DNA of 64,000 bases from Eledone cirrhosa (Eukaryota). The stretch lies in contig OZ024744.1 of assembly GCA_964016885.1 (NCBI GenBank), positions 115,754,001-115,818,000 of the forward strand, written 5' to 3'. Below are positions 11,395 through 22,972 of the stretch, one piece after another; the first letter of the stretch is position 1, and every line of letters begins with the position of its first letter. The notes beneath the pieces were generated by a model, which was not told the origin of the DNA, did no database searches, and worked only from the letters and a program-made list of their open reading frames with translations. The position numbers and the translations under genes are program-made.

Positions 11395-14300
11395 GCCACA
11401 GCAAATGTAGCGGTGTAAAATATACGCAGCAATTTTAGCTGTGTAAAATATACGCAGCAGGCAACACAGTAACTGTAGCTGTGTAAAATATATGTAGCAG
11501 TCAACACAGCAACTGTAGCTGTGTAAAATATACACAGCAGTCAACACAGCAGCTGTAGCTGTGTAAAATATACACAGTAGTCAACACAGCAAATGTAGCT
11601 GTGTAAAATATAAGTAGCAGTCAACACAGCAACTGTAGTTGTGTAAAATATACACAGCAGTCAACACAGCAACTGTAGCTGTGTAAAATATATGCAGCAG
11701 TAAACACAGCAACTGTAGTTGTGTAAATATATGTAACAGTCAACACAGAATCTGTAGTTGTGTAAAATATACACAGCAGTCAACACACCAACTGTAGCTG
11801 TGTAAAATATACGCAGCAGTCAACACAGTAACTGTAGCTGTGTAAAATATATATAGCAGTCAACACAGCAACTATAGCTGTGTAAAATATATATAGCAAC
11901 TGTAGCTGTGTAAAATATACGCAGCAGTCAACACAGCAACTATAGCTGTGTAAAATATACACAGCAACTGTAGCTGTGTAAAATATACACAACAGTCAAC
12001 ACCGCAACTGTAGTTGTGTAAATATATGTAGCAGTCAACACAGAAATTGTAGTTGTGTAAAATATACCCAGCAGCCAACACATCAACTGTAGCTCTGTAA
12101 AATATACACAGCAGTCAACACAGCAACTGTAAGTGTGTAAAATATACACAGCAGTCAACACAAGAACTGTAGCAGTGTAAGATATTCACAACAGTCAACA
12201 CAGCAACTGTAGCTGTGAAAAATATACACAGCAGTCAACACAGCAACTATAGTTCTGTGAAATATATGTAGCAGTCAACACAGCAACTGTAGTTGTGTAA
12301 AATATACACAGTAGTCAACACAGCAACTGTAACTGTGTAAAATATATACAGCAGTCAACACAACAACTAGCTGTGTAAAATATACACAGCAGTCAACGCA
12401 GCGACCGTAGCTGTGTAAAATATACGTAGCAGTCAACACAGCAACTGTAGCTGTGTAAAATATACACAGCAGTCAACACAACAACTGTAGCAGTGTAAAA
12501 TATTCACCACAGTCAACACACCAACTGTAGCTGTGTAAAATATATGCAGCAGTCAACACAGCAACTGTAGCTCTGTAAAGTATATACAGCAGTCAACACA
12601 GCAAATGTAGCTGAGTAAAATATATGCAGCGGTCAACATTGTAACTGTGTAAAATATACACAGCAGTCAACACAACAACTGTAGCAGTGTAAGATATTCA
12701 CCACAGTCAACACAGCAACTGTAGCTGTGTAAACTATACACAGCAGTCAACACAGCAACTGTAGCTCTGTAAAGTATATACAGCAGTCAACACAGCAAAT
12801 GTAGCTGAGTAAAATATATGCAGCGGTCAACATAGCAACTGTAACTGTGTAAAATATACACAGCAGTCAACACATCAACAGTAGCTGTGTAAATATATTT
12901 AGCAGCCAACACGGAAACTGTAGTTGTGTAAAATATACGCTACAGTCAACACAGCAACTTTAGATGCGTAAAATATACACAGCAGTCAACAACTGAAATA
13001 GTGTAAGATATTCGCAACAGTCAACACAGCAACGGTAGCTGTGTAAAATATATGTAGCAGTCAACACAACAACTGTAGCACTGTGTATATTTTACAGAGG
13101 TACAGTTGCTGTGTTGACTGCTGTGTAGAATTTACACAGCTACAGTTGCTGTATTGACTGCTGTGTAGATTTTACACAGCTACAGTTGCTGTGTTGACTA
13201 CTGTGTATATTTTACACAACTACAGTTGATGTGTTGACTGCTGTGTATATTTCACATAGCTGTGGTAAATATACACAGCTGTCAACACAGCAATTGTAGC
13301 CTTGTAAAATATATGCAGCAGTCAACACAGCAACTGTAGCTGTGTAAAAGATACACACCAGTCAACACAGCAACTGTAGATGTGTAAAATATATGCAACA
13401 GTCAACAAAGCAACTGTAGCTGTGTAACATATACGCAGCAGTCAACACACCAACTGTAACTCTGTAAAATATATACACCAGTCAACACAGCAACTGTAGT
13501 TGTGTAAAGTATACACAGCAGTCAACACAGCAACTGTAGCTGTCTAAAATATACGCAGCAGTCAACACAGCAACTGTAGCTCAGTAACATATACACAGCA
13601 GTCAACACAGCACTGTAGCTGTGTAAAATTTACGCAACAGTCAACACAGCAACTGTAGCTGTGTAAAATATACACACCAGTTAACACAGCAACTGTAGCT
13701 GTGTAAAATATATGTAGCAGTCAACAGAGCAACTGTAGCTGTGTAAAATATATATAGCAGTCAACACAGCCACTGTAGCAGTGTAAAATATATGCAGCAG
13801 TCAACACAGCAACTGTAGCTGTGTAAAATATACACAACAGTCAACACAGCAGCTGTAGCTGTGTAAAATATAAGTAGCAGTCAACACAACAACTGTAGTC
13901 GTGTAAAATATACACAGCAATCAACACATCAACTGTAGCTGTGTAAAATATACACAGTGGTCAACACAGCAACTGTAGCTGTGTAAAATATACACAACAG
14001 TCAACACAGCAACTGTAGCTGCGTAAAATATACACAGCAGTCGACACAGCAACTGTAGCTCTGTAAAATATACACTGCAGTCAATACAGCAACTGTAGCT
14101 GTGTAAAATATACACAACAGTCAACACAGCAAATTTAGATGTGTAAAATATATACAGCAGTCAACACAGCAACTGTAGCTGTGTAAAATATACACAGCAG
14201 TCAACACAGTAACTGTAGCTGTGTAAAATATATGCAGCAGTCAACACAGCAACTGTAGCTGTAAAAAATATACACAGCAGTCAACACAGCAACTGTAACT

Positions 14301-16628
14301 GTGTAAATATATGTAGCAGTCAACACAGAAACTGTAGTTGGGTAAAATATACCCAGCAGTCAACACAGAAACTGTAGATGTGTAAAATATATGCATCAGT
14401 CAGCACAGCAACTGTAGCTGTGTAAAATATACACAGAGGTCAACACAGCAACTGTAGCTGTGTAAAATATACACAGCTGTCAACACTGCAACTGTAGTTG
14501 TGTAAAATATATGTAGCAGTCAACACAGCAACTATAGCTGTGTAAAATATATGCAGCAGTCAACACAGTAACTGTAGCTGTGTAAAATGTACACAACAGT
14601 CAACACAGCAACTGTAGCTGTGTAAAGTATATACAGCAGTGAACACAGCAAATGTAGCTGAGTAAAATATATGCAGCAGTCAACACAGCAACTGTAGCTG
14701 TGTTAAATATACACTCCAGTCAACACAGCAACTGTAGCTCTGTAAAATATATTTAGCAGTCAACACAGCAACTGTAGCTGTGTAAAATATATGTAGCAGT
14801 TGACACAGCAACTGTAGCTGCGTAAAATATACACAGCAGTCAACACAGCAACTGTAGCTGTGTAAAATATACACAGCAGTCATACAGCAACTGTAGCCCT
14901 GTAGTTGTGTAAAATATATGTAGCAGTCAACACAGCAAATGTAGCTGTGTAGAATATACACAGCAGTAAACCCAGAAACTATAATTGTGTAAAATATACA
15001 CAGCAGTCAACACAGCAACTGTAGCTGTGTAAAATATACGCAACAGTCAACACAGCAACTGTAGCTATGTAAAATATACACCGCAGTCAACACAGCAACT
15101 GTAGTCGTGTAAAATATACTCAGTAGTCAACACAGTAACTGTAGCTGTGTAAAATATATGTAGCAGTCAACACAGCTACTATAGCTGTCTAAAATATACG
15201 CAGCAGTCAACTTAGTAACTGTAGCTGTGTAAAATATACACAGTAGTCAACACAGTAACTGTAGCTGTGTAAAATATACACCGCAGTCAACACAGCAACT
15301 GTAGTTGTGTAAAATATACACAGCAGTCAACACAGCAAATGTGGCTGTGTAAAATATATGGAGAAGTCAACACAGCACTGTAGCTGTGTAAAATATACAC
15401 AGTAGTCAACACAGTAACTGTAGCTGTGTAAAATATACACAGCAACTGTAGCTGTGTAAAATATATGTAGCAGTCAACACAGCTACTATAGCTGTGTAAA
15501 ATATACACAGCAGTCAACACAGTAACTGTAGCTGTGTAAAATATACACAGTAGTCAACACAGTAACTGTAGCTGTGTAAAATATACACCGCAGTCAACAC
15601 AGCAACTGTAGTTGTGCAAAATATACACAGCAGTCAACACAGCAACTGTGGCTGTGTAAAATATACACAGTAGTCAACACAGTAACTGTAGCAGTGTAAA
15701 ATATATGCAGCAGTCAACACAGCAACTGTAGCAGTGTAAAATATACCCAGTAGTCAACACAGTAACTGTAGCTGTGTAAAATATACACAGCAGTCAACGC
15801 AGCTACTATAGCTGTCTAAAATATACGCAGCAGTCAACCCAGTGGCAGTAGCTGTGTAAAATATACGCAGCAGTCAACACAGTAACTGTAACTCTGTAAA
15901 ATATACACACCAGTCAACACAGCAACTGTAGCTGTGCAAAATATACACAGCAGTCAACACAGCAACTGTAGCTTGGTAAAATATCTGCAGCAACTGTAGT
16001 TGTGTAATATATATGTAGCAGTCAACACAGCAACTGTAGCTGTGTAAAATATATGTAGCAGTCAACACAGCAACTGTAGCCGTGTAAAATATATGTAGCA
16101 CTCAACACAGCAACTTTAGCTGGGTAAAATATATGTAGCAGTCAACACAGCAACTGTAGCTGTGTAAAATATATGTAGCAGTCAACACAGCAACTGTAGC
16201 TGTGTAAAATATATGTAGCAGTCAACACAGCAACTGTAGCTGTGTAAAATATATGTAGCAGTCAACACAGCAACTGTAGCTGTGTAAAATATATGTAGCA
16301 GTCAACACAGCAACTGTAGCTGTGTAAAATATATGTAGCAGTCAACACAGCAACTGTAGCTGTGTAAAATATATGTAGCAGTCAACACAGCAACTGTAGC
16401 TGTGTAAAATATATGTAGCAGTCAACACAGCAACTGTAGCTGTGTAAAATATATGTAGCAGTCAACACAGCAACTGTAGCTGTGTAAAATATATGTAGCA
16501 GTCAACACAGCAACTGTAGCTGTGTAAAATATATGTAGCACTCAACACCGCAACTGTAGCTGTGTAAAATATATGTAGCAGTCAACACAGCAACTGTAGC
16601 TGTGTAAAATATATGTAGCAGTCAACAG
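11395..16628. repeat. 40-bp tandem satellite, about 130 copies, with an internal inversion
   Basis: The unit is GTCAACACAGCAACTGTAGCTGTGTAAAATATA(CAC/TGT)AGCA. Units are reverse-complemented at ~13081-13261 and near-identical from ~16020 to 16628. Confidence 0.98.
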
Positions 16629-16712
16629 ATTAAACCTTTAATTATTATCTTATTGAAGTCACCTGTTATCAAAACTGAAAACATCCATCTAAGGACTTAT
16701 TATTATTTACTC

Positions 16713-16790
16713 ACCATATTTCCTGGCGTCAAAGATGTTTTTTTCCCTAAGATAACTTTTAAAAATCTACCATGTGTCTTGGGGGCTGAA
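16713..16790. mobile_element. Possible remnant of a Tc1/pogo-type terminal repeat
   Basis: CCATATTTCCTGGCGTCAAAGATG...TGTGTCTTGGGGGCTGAAGG loosely resembles CCGTATTT-type pogo/Tigger termini, recalled from memory. No partner terminus or TSD was found. Confidence 0.25.
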
Positions 16791-16910
16791 GGTTGTGTTT
16801 CTCATAAACATATCCTAACCTCAGAGGTAAATTAACTCTGCTAGACAGTAATCTGAACCCCTGTATATGACCTCTCAATGTAGTGTATAAATTACACTTA
16901 GTTAACCCTT

Positions 16911-17513
16911 TAACATTTACATTACTTTATATATACTATTGTATTTTCACAGTAAAGGCTTTACCTCACATAATATATCACATAACATTTACATTACTTT
17001 ATATATACTATTGTATTTTCACAGTAAAGGCTTTACCTCACATAATATCTCACATAACATTTACATTACTCTATATATACTATTGTATTTTCACAGTAAA
17101 GGCTTTACCTTACATAATATCTCACATAGCATTTACATGACTTTATATATACTATTGTATTTTCACAGTAAAGGCTTTACCTCACATAATATCTCACATA
17201 ACATTTACATTACTTTATATATACTATTGTATTTTCACAGTAAAGGTTTTACCTCACATAATATCTCACATAACATTTACATTACTTTATATATACTATT
17301 GTATTTTCACAGTAAAGGCTTTACCTCACATAATATCTCACATAGCATTTACATTACTCTATATATACTATTGTATTGTCACAGTAAAGGCTTTATCTTA
17401 CATAATATCTCACATAACATTTACATTACTCTATATATACTATTGCATGTTCACAGTAAAGGTTTTACCTCACATAATATCTCACATAACATTTACATTA
17501 CTCTATATTTACT
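16911..17513. repeat. 72-bp tandem repeat (about 8.3 copies) derived from the MITE left end; further unit at 25277-25353 and partial unit at 28883-28926
   Basis: The unit is TAACATTTACATTACTTTATATATACTATTGTATTTTCACAGTAAAGGCTTTACCTCACATAATATCTCACA (starts at 16911, 16983, ...). It begins inside the TIR. Confidence 0.97.
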
Positions 17514-17634
17514 AATAACCTAATAACCTACAAATCAGGCGAGTACATAAACCAGATTGACTTCTTACTAGTTAGGCAGCGGGACAGGCAGATGGTGTCA
17601 AAATACCAAGGCATACCCTGGAGAAGAATGTACC

Positions 17635-18072
17635 TTTAGTGTGCTGCTAGACCCAGGGTTATTTACTCGAGTAAATGTCACCGGAATCTAACTACTAAAT
17701 TTTATAAAGAAAAGGATAAGATATTTTACATAACACCATGTCGGATGAGAGTTAATTCCCATTACAAAGGTAATGATAAAACGTAAGCAGTTTCTCGGAA
17801 CGAGTATCAAATATAAGTCTTCATTTTATTGTAGCTCCATGTTTTAATTGTTGTAAACAAATATTCTCGTACACAATTAGGTATAGTCCAGATCCATGAT
17901 TGGTGGTTAGAGAAAAGTTAACATGCTTGTCTTCGAAGGAAGGCGCCAAAAGAGAGAGAGAGCTTGATTGCGTTGCCGTTATTTATATCCTCTTTCCGGA
18001 AGTTACAAAGAGGGTTCTAGACTTTCGACGGGAAGTAACTCTAGCTACTTCCCTTGTCTAGAGAGCGCTACA
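17635..18072 (-). repeat. 3' LTR of the Gypsy element (438 bp)
   Basis: Direct repeat of 22523-22972. By hand count the two differ by about 13 substitutions plus 14-bp and 2-bp indels. Confidence 0.95.
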
Positions 18073-18075
18073 AGA

Positions 18076-18085
18076 CTCCCCTCTC
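18076..18085 (-). promoter_or_regulatory. Polypurine tract
   Basis: Minus-strand GAGAGGGGAG lies 3 nt upstream of the 3' LTR start TGTAGCGC. Confidence 0.8.
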
Positions 18086-18323
18086 AGACAAGAAGTCGAA
18101 TGACCAAATGAAATCATTGTAGCAAGAACATGAGGAGCAAAACAAAAGGTACAAGAACATGAATGAATAAAACACGAGCAAGCAAATAGCAAAATGAGCA
18201 TAAAACAAGTAATGCATTTTTACAAAGAATGTTTGAATGTAACGAATGATAAATCATAGTCATATAAATGAGCAGAGAATATTGATGTTCAATGTTTTTC
18301 AAAGTCAAATAGTTCATACATCA

Positions 18324-21300
18324 CTAGTGTACAGACTTTTCTGACACTAGTTCTATCTGAAAACTGAAAAAGAAGAGGTATGTTAATGCATGGGGTTTAA
18401 ATGTATATTGTTTTTGAGAGTTGAGTTTTTGTGGCCATTTTACCGTCCTGCCACCTCGTGTGACATAAGGTTGTGTGGTATGTGGTGTTTGCGGTGGAGG
18501 TGAAAGTGTTGGTGTAGGAGTGTATGTAGGAGGTGTATCAGGCAGTGTGATGAGACTTTCGGAGAAAGCCTTTTTTGCTCTGTCAATGGATATTGTCTCT
18601 TTTCGACCATTGACAGCCACTGTGAAATGTTTGGGTTTGTGCGAAAGCACACGAAAGGGTCCATTATAAGGTGACGTAAGAGGTCCCTTGACGGAATCAT
18701 TCTGTATGAAAATGTGTGTCCACGTAGAGATGTCCGATGGGACAGCAGAAGAAATAGATTGGTCACGAGGGTTCATCGGTGGAAATCCGAGAAATACGAA
18801 CGAATCCTGGTGACATATGATGCTGGGTCAAGATGTGATGAATCCACTGGTGCTAACATTTGTCCAGGAAGAGACAATGTGGTACCATAAAGAAGTTCAG
18901 CAGAAGAAAAACCTAAATCTGTCTTAATGGCAGAACGACAACTAAGAAGCACGAGAGGCAAAAATTCAGTCCAACGTTGTGGATCAGGAGTAGCGCGAAG
19001 TGCAGCTTTCAACTGTCTATGAAACCTCTCGACCATTCCATTGGAGGCTGGGTGATAGCTGGTCATATGGATGTGATGAGCACCCAAGAGTCGTGATATT
19101 TCACGAAATAAGGAAGCCTCAAATTGGCGTCCACGATCCGTAGTTATTTTCGTAGGAACACCGAAACGAGCAATCCAATTGGAAATGAAAGCTCGGGCAA
19201 CGGACTCTGCTGTTATGTCCATGAGGGGTATAGCTTCAGGCCACCGAGAGATACGATCGATACAAGTCAATATGTATGTGAATCCACGACTAACGGCCAT
19301 GGACCAACAATATCCATGTGTATATGACGGAAACGTGCGTCTGGCGAGCTGAATTTCCCAAGAGGAGCGCGGACATGCCGATGAATCTTAGAGCGCTGAC
19401 ACTTCAAGCAAGAATGTGCCCAACTGGTGATTAAACGACGCATATTAGGCCAGAAGAATCGAGCCGTACTAAGCTTCACCGTGGCAGCTATGCCAGAATG
19501 TGACAAGGAATGAAGTGCATCAAAAACGGTACGCTGATGACAATCTGGAACAAGTGGTCTGGGTGATCCAGTCCCTTCAGAAGATGGAAGAGGTAAATAT
19601 TCCAATTTGCAGCAGGAGAACTGGTCAGAGGAAATATCCAGCGAATCCAAAGTAGGTTGGTCAGTTGCAATTTCAACTAAATCGATATGTGCAGGAGACG
19701 CAAGAGAACACACAGAAAGTCGAGATAGTGCGACCGCAGGTATGTTGGAAGTTCCAGCTATGTGACGAATGTTACTGGTATACTGTGAGATGAGATCCAG
19801 ATGCCTATACGCTCTCGGATAGTACTTATCGGACTTGGATTTTAAAGCGGACGTTAACGGTTTGTGGTCCCGCTCCTCCAAAAGGTGGTGGAAGTGCTTC
19901 ACGGCTAGATAAATCACCAAAAGTTCTATATCTCTGTTCTGCTGGTTTTAATTGGCGAGAGAAAAATGCCAATGGTTGAACTTGGTGATCGATTACATAA
20001 TGCTAAACTACTCCAACAGCACGATCAGATGCATCAACAGATAAGGAAAGTCTCGTATTTGCAACAAGATGGGCAAGGAAGGAAACTTTATCTAACTCAG
20101 ACTTGACGGATTTAAAAGACTGAAATTTTTTCATCTTTCTTTTTTGCAGCGCTTAACAACTATGTCAAGGGGAATAACTTGTCCGCACAGTTAGGAATAA
20201 AGCGACGATAAAAGTTAATTAATCCCCAAAAATGGCGTAATTGTTTCAAGGATCTTGGTGGTGCTAATTGCTGAATCGCCTCTACTTTAGCTGGCAAAGG
20301 ACGAATGCCTTCTGAATCTATAAGGTGTCCTAGGAATTCCAGTGAATCTGCACCAATCCACATTTAGCTGGGTTGATTCTGATTTGGTACGATTGGAGAC
20401 ATTGAAATAACTGAGATAGATGTTGATGATGGTGTTCATCCGAATCACTGGCTATCAGGAGATCATCAACGTAAGCAAACATGAAATCCAATCCGCGCGT
20501 GACTTCATCAATAAAACGCTGGAACGTACTAGAAGCATTCCGCAAACCAAAAGGCATGGAGAGGAATTCAAACGAACCAAAAGGGGTGGTCACAGCTGTT
20601 TTTGGTATGTCTTCCGGATGCAGGGGTATTTGATGGTAAGCGCGTACCAGATCTATTTTAGAAAATATCTTGCATCCATACAGAACGGATGAAAAATCCT
20701 GTAAATTTGGTGTAGTGATAGCGTTAAGTCGTCTATAATCACCCACAGGTCTAAAATCTGCTTCACCCTTACGAGCCAAATGAAGCGGGGATGCCCATGG
20801 CCTGGTGGACGGTCGTATAAGACCAAGCTGAAGCATGTGATGGAATCATCCCTGGCTTTTTTTAGCCTGTCTGGAGCCAGCCTACGTGGCCGAGAAAAAA
20901 CAGGCGGAGCAGTTGTAATAAAATGTCGAGTCCAGTGGATCACTTGGTTCGATTTAAATGAAATGTCAGTTAACTCGGGAAACTAGGCAAGAAGAGAATG
21001 AAGCTGGTTTCCAGAGGCAGCTATGAAACACGCGGGACTTATGGTGGCAACAGTAGAACCACGAGCAGACGTAGATAAAGATGTGGTGCCATCCACAAGT
21101 TTCTGTTTCCTGACATCTACTAACAGTGAGTAGTGGTGTAAAAAATCCGCACCGAGAATAGGGTGGAGTAGGTCCGCTACAACGAAATTCCATTTGAAAT
21201 CCCGACGCAAAGTTAGGTCCAATGATAGAGATATTTGTCCATAAGTTTTTATAGGAGACCGGTTTACTGCATACAAGGAAATACCGGAAAAATGTGGCTT

Positions 21301-21400
21301 GGTACAGCTGAAACGAAGGGGCTAAATGCTGATAGCTAGATCCTGTGTCGACCATAAACGATTTGTTTAAAATTCGATCTTTTATGAAAAAGGCACGATA
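18324..21400 (-). pseudogene. pol: Gypsy pol (protease, RT, RNase H, integrase), frameshifted
   Basis: Protease VDTGS and ILGADFL; [23 protein letters not shown] and YVDD; RNase H VDASD and DHKPL; integrase HHCC region, [23 protein letters not shown] and a GPF motif. These are spread across several frames. Confidence 0.93.
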
Positions 21401-21447
21401 AGGAGAATTAATGGGGGAGAGATCTGCCGTGCCCAGACTCTTCAGGT

Positions 21448-22217
21448 TTAGTTTTCAGAAGTCCCAAAAGAGCAGGGTTGAATACAATGATTCGCCTTTT
21501 CACGAAAACGCACGTGATACCAACATAAAGACGAGTTGTTGGCGGGGGTTTTGGGCGCGACGATTAAAAGAAGGAGAACGACTTCGTGGACGCCATCTGG
21601 AATGTGTTCGTTCCCGACACAGTTTAGTCACTTTACAAGTTAGCGCGTCAATATAGAGTCAGTATAGAGTCCTCACGAGGTGGAACAGTCTGTGCTTTAA
21701 AAGTAGAAGAAGCAATGTGTGGATCTGCCGAAGTAGGCACTCGAGAAAATTCCATTATGCGGTCCGCTGAGGCTGCAATTTGGTCCAGAGAACTGGTGTC
21801 GACTATATTTGCCAGTATGGTCTGCACATTTGTTGGTAAACGGGAGAAGAAGAATTGTTTCACGAAAGAGTTGTCCTCTGCTGTTGAGTCGTTCAGTTCC
21901 CGGATGCGCCGCAAAAACTGGGACGGGGTTCTATCTCCCAGGTTTTCCTCCTCCAACAAGGAACGAAATTTGCTCTCAGACGAACGGCTGTTCCGTCTGA
22001 GCACTTCTGCCTTAAGGGTCTCGTAAGTGACGCCTTGTAGGGGATCTGTGATGATATCCTTTACTGACACGGCGAGCGAGGCAGGGATTCCGCTTATGAG
22101 CACGTGTAACCTTTGTTATGCCGCTTGGACGCTATGTGCAACAAAATAAGAATCTAGTTGTGCAAACCACAACTCTGCATCACCTGAATACGTCGGTAGC
22201 GAAGAATTGCTCATCAT
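21448..22217 (-). pseudogene. gag: Gypsy gag, frameshifted
   Basis: ATG at 22217 gives MMSNSSLPTYSGDAELWFAQLDSYF. The ORF continues LGDRTPSQFLRR and ends with a C-terminal CWYH..F...A..C..PC.F knuckle followed by GAAAACTAA. Confidence 0.85.
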
Positions 22218-22508
22218 GAATGTAGTAGCCGCTGGGTGAAATGTTTTTAACTTCCGCACATGTGGTTTAACTTCCGCGAGTCAGCCAATGACAACACATT
22301 TGAAAGAAAATTAGTTGTATTTTCAAAAATATATGCACACGTGGTGGTAACATGAACAGTTGAAGTGATGTAACACGGAGGAAGAAAAATGGCGAATACA
22401 AAACGAAGGCTTTGTTGAAAACGAACTGCAAAAAAAATTTTTTTTTTTTCTTTATGCGTATCCGGAAATTATCATCTTTTTGTTGGTATTTCTTTTTTTT
22501 TTTTTTTA

Positions 22509-22521
22509 CGTCGGGTCACCA
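22509..22521 (-). promoter_or_regulatory. Primer-binding site, probably tRNA-Trp
   Basis: Minus-strand TGGTGACCCGACG lies next to the 5' LTR. It is complementary, with one C fewer, to the metazoan tRNA-Trp 3' end ...CGTCGGGGTCACCA as I recall it. Confidence 0.8.
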
Positions 22522-22522
22522 T

Positions 22523-22972
22523 TTTAGTGTGCTGCTAGACCCAGGGTTATTTACTCGAGTAAATGTCACCGGAATCTAACTACTAAATTTTATAAAGAAA
22601 AGGATAAGATATTTTACATAACACCATGTCAAATGAGAGTTAATTCCCATTACAAAGGTAATGATAAAACGAAAGCAATTTCTCGGAACGAGTATCAAAT
22701 ATAAGTCTTCATTTTATTGTAGCTCCATGTTATAATTGTTGTAAACAAATATTCTCGTACATAATTAGGTATAGTACAGATCCATGATAGGTGGTTAGAG
22801 AAAAGTTAACATGCTTGTCTTCAGTGTTGTCAATTCGAAGGAAGGCGCCAAAAGAGAGAGAGCTTGATTGCGTTGCCGCTATTTATATCCTCTTTCTGGA
22901 AGTTACAAAGAGGGTTCTAGACTTTCGACCGGAAGTAACTCTAGCTACTTCCCTTGTCTGGAGAGCGCTATA
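22523..22972 (-). repeat. 5' LTR of the Gypsy element (450 bp)
   Basis: Direct repeat of 17635-18072, adjacent to the PBS. Confidence 0.95.

Larger units (their letters stand above)
17635..22972 (-). mobile_element. Complete Ty3/Gypsy LTR retrotransposon with degenerate ORFs
   Basis: Paired LTRs (17635-18072 and 22523-22972), 4-bp TSD TACC (17631-17634 and 22973-22976), PBS, PPT, and gag-PR-RT-RH-IN order on the minus strand. Confidence 0.96.

Noticed and set aside
1-16628. CRISPR-like arrays
   Set aside because: The units are head-to-tail with no unique spacers, there are no cas genes, and the context is eukaryotic.
11212-16633. 40-bp array enclosed in a TTAA-flanked transposon
   Set aside because: TTAA occurs on both sides, but the adjacent sequences (CCTCTTCAGTG and TCTGTGTTGAC) are not inverted repeats.
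11780-17523. Cys/Tyr-rich and His-rich repeat ORFs resembling zinc-finger or metal-binding proteins
   Set aside because: They are translations of the 40-bp and 72-bp repeats. The 40-bp unit is not a multiple of 3 and there is no C2H2 spacing.
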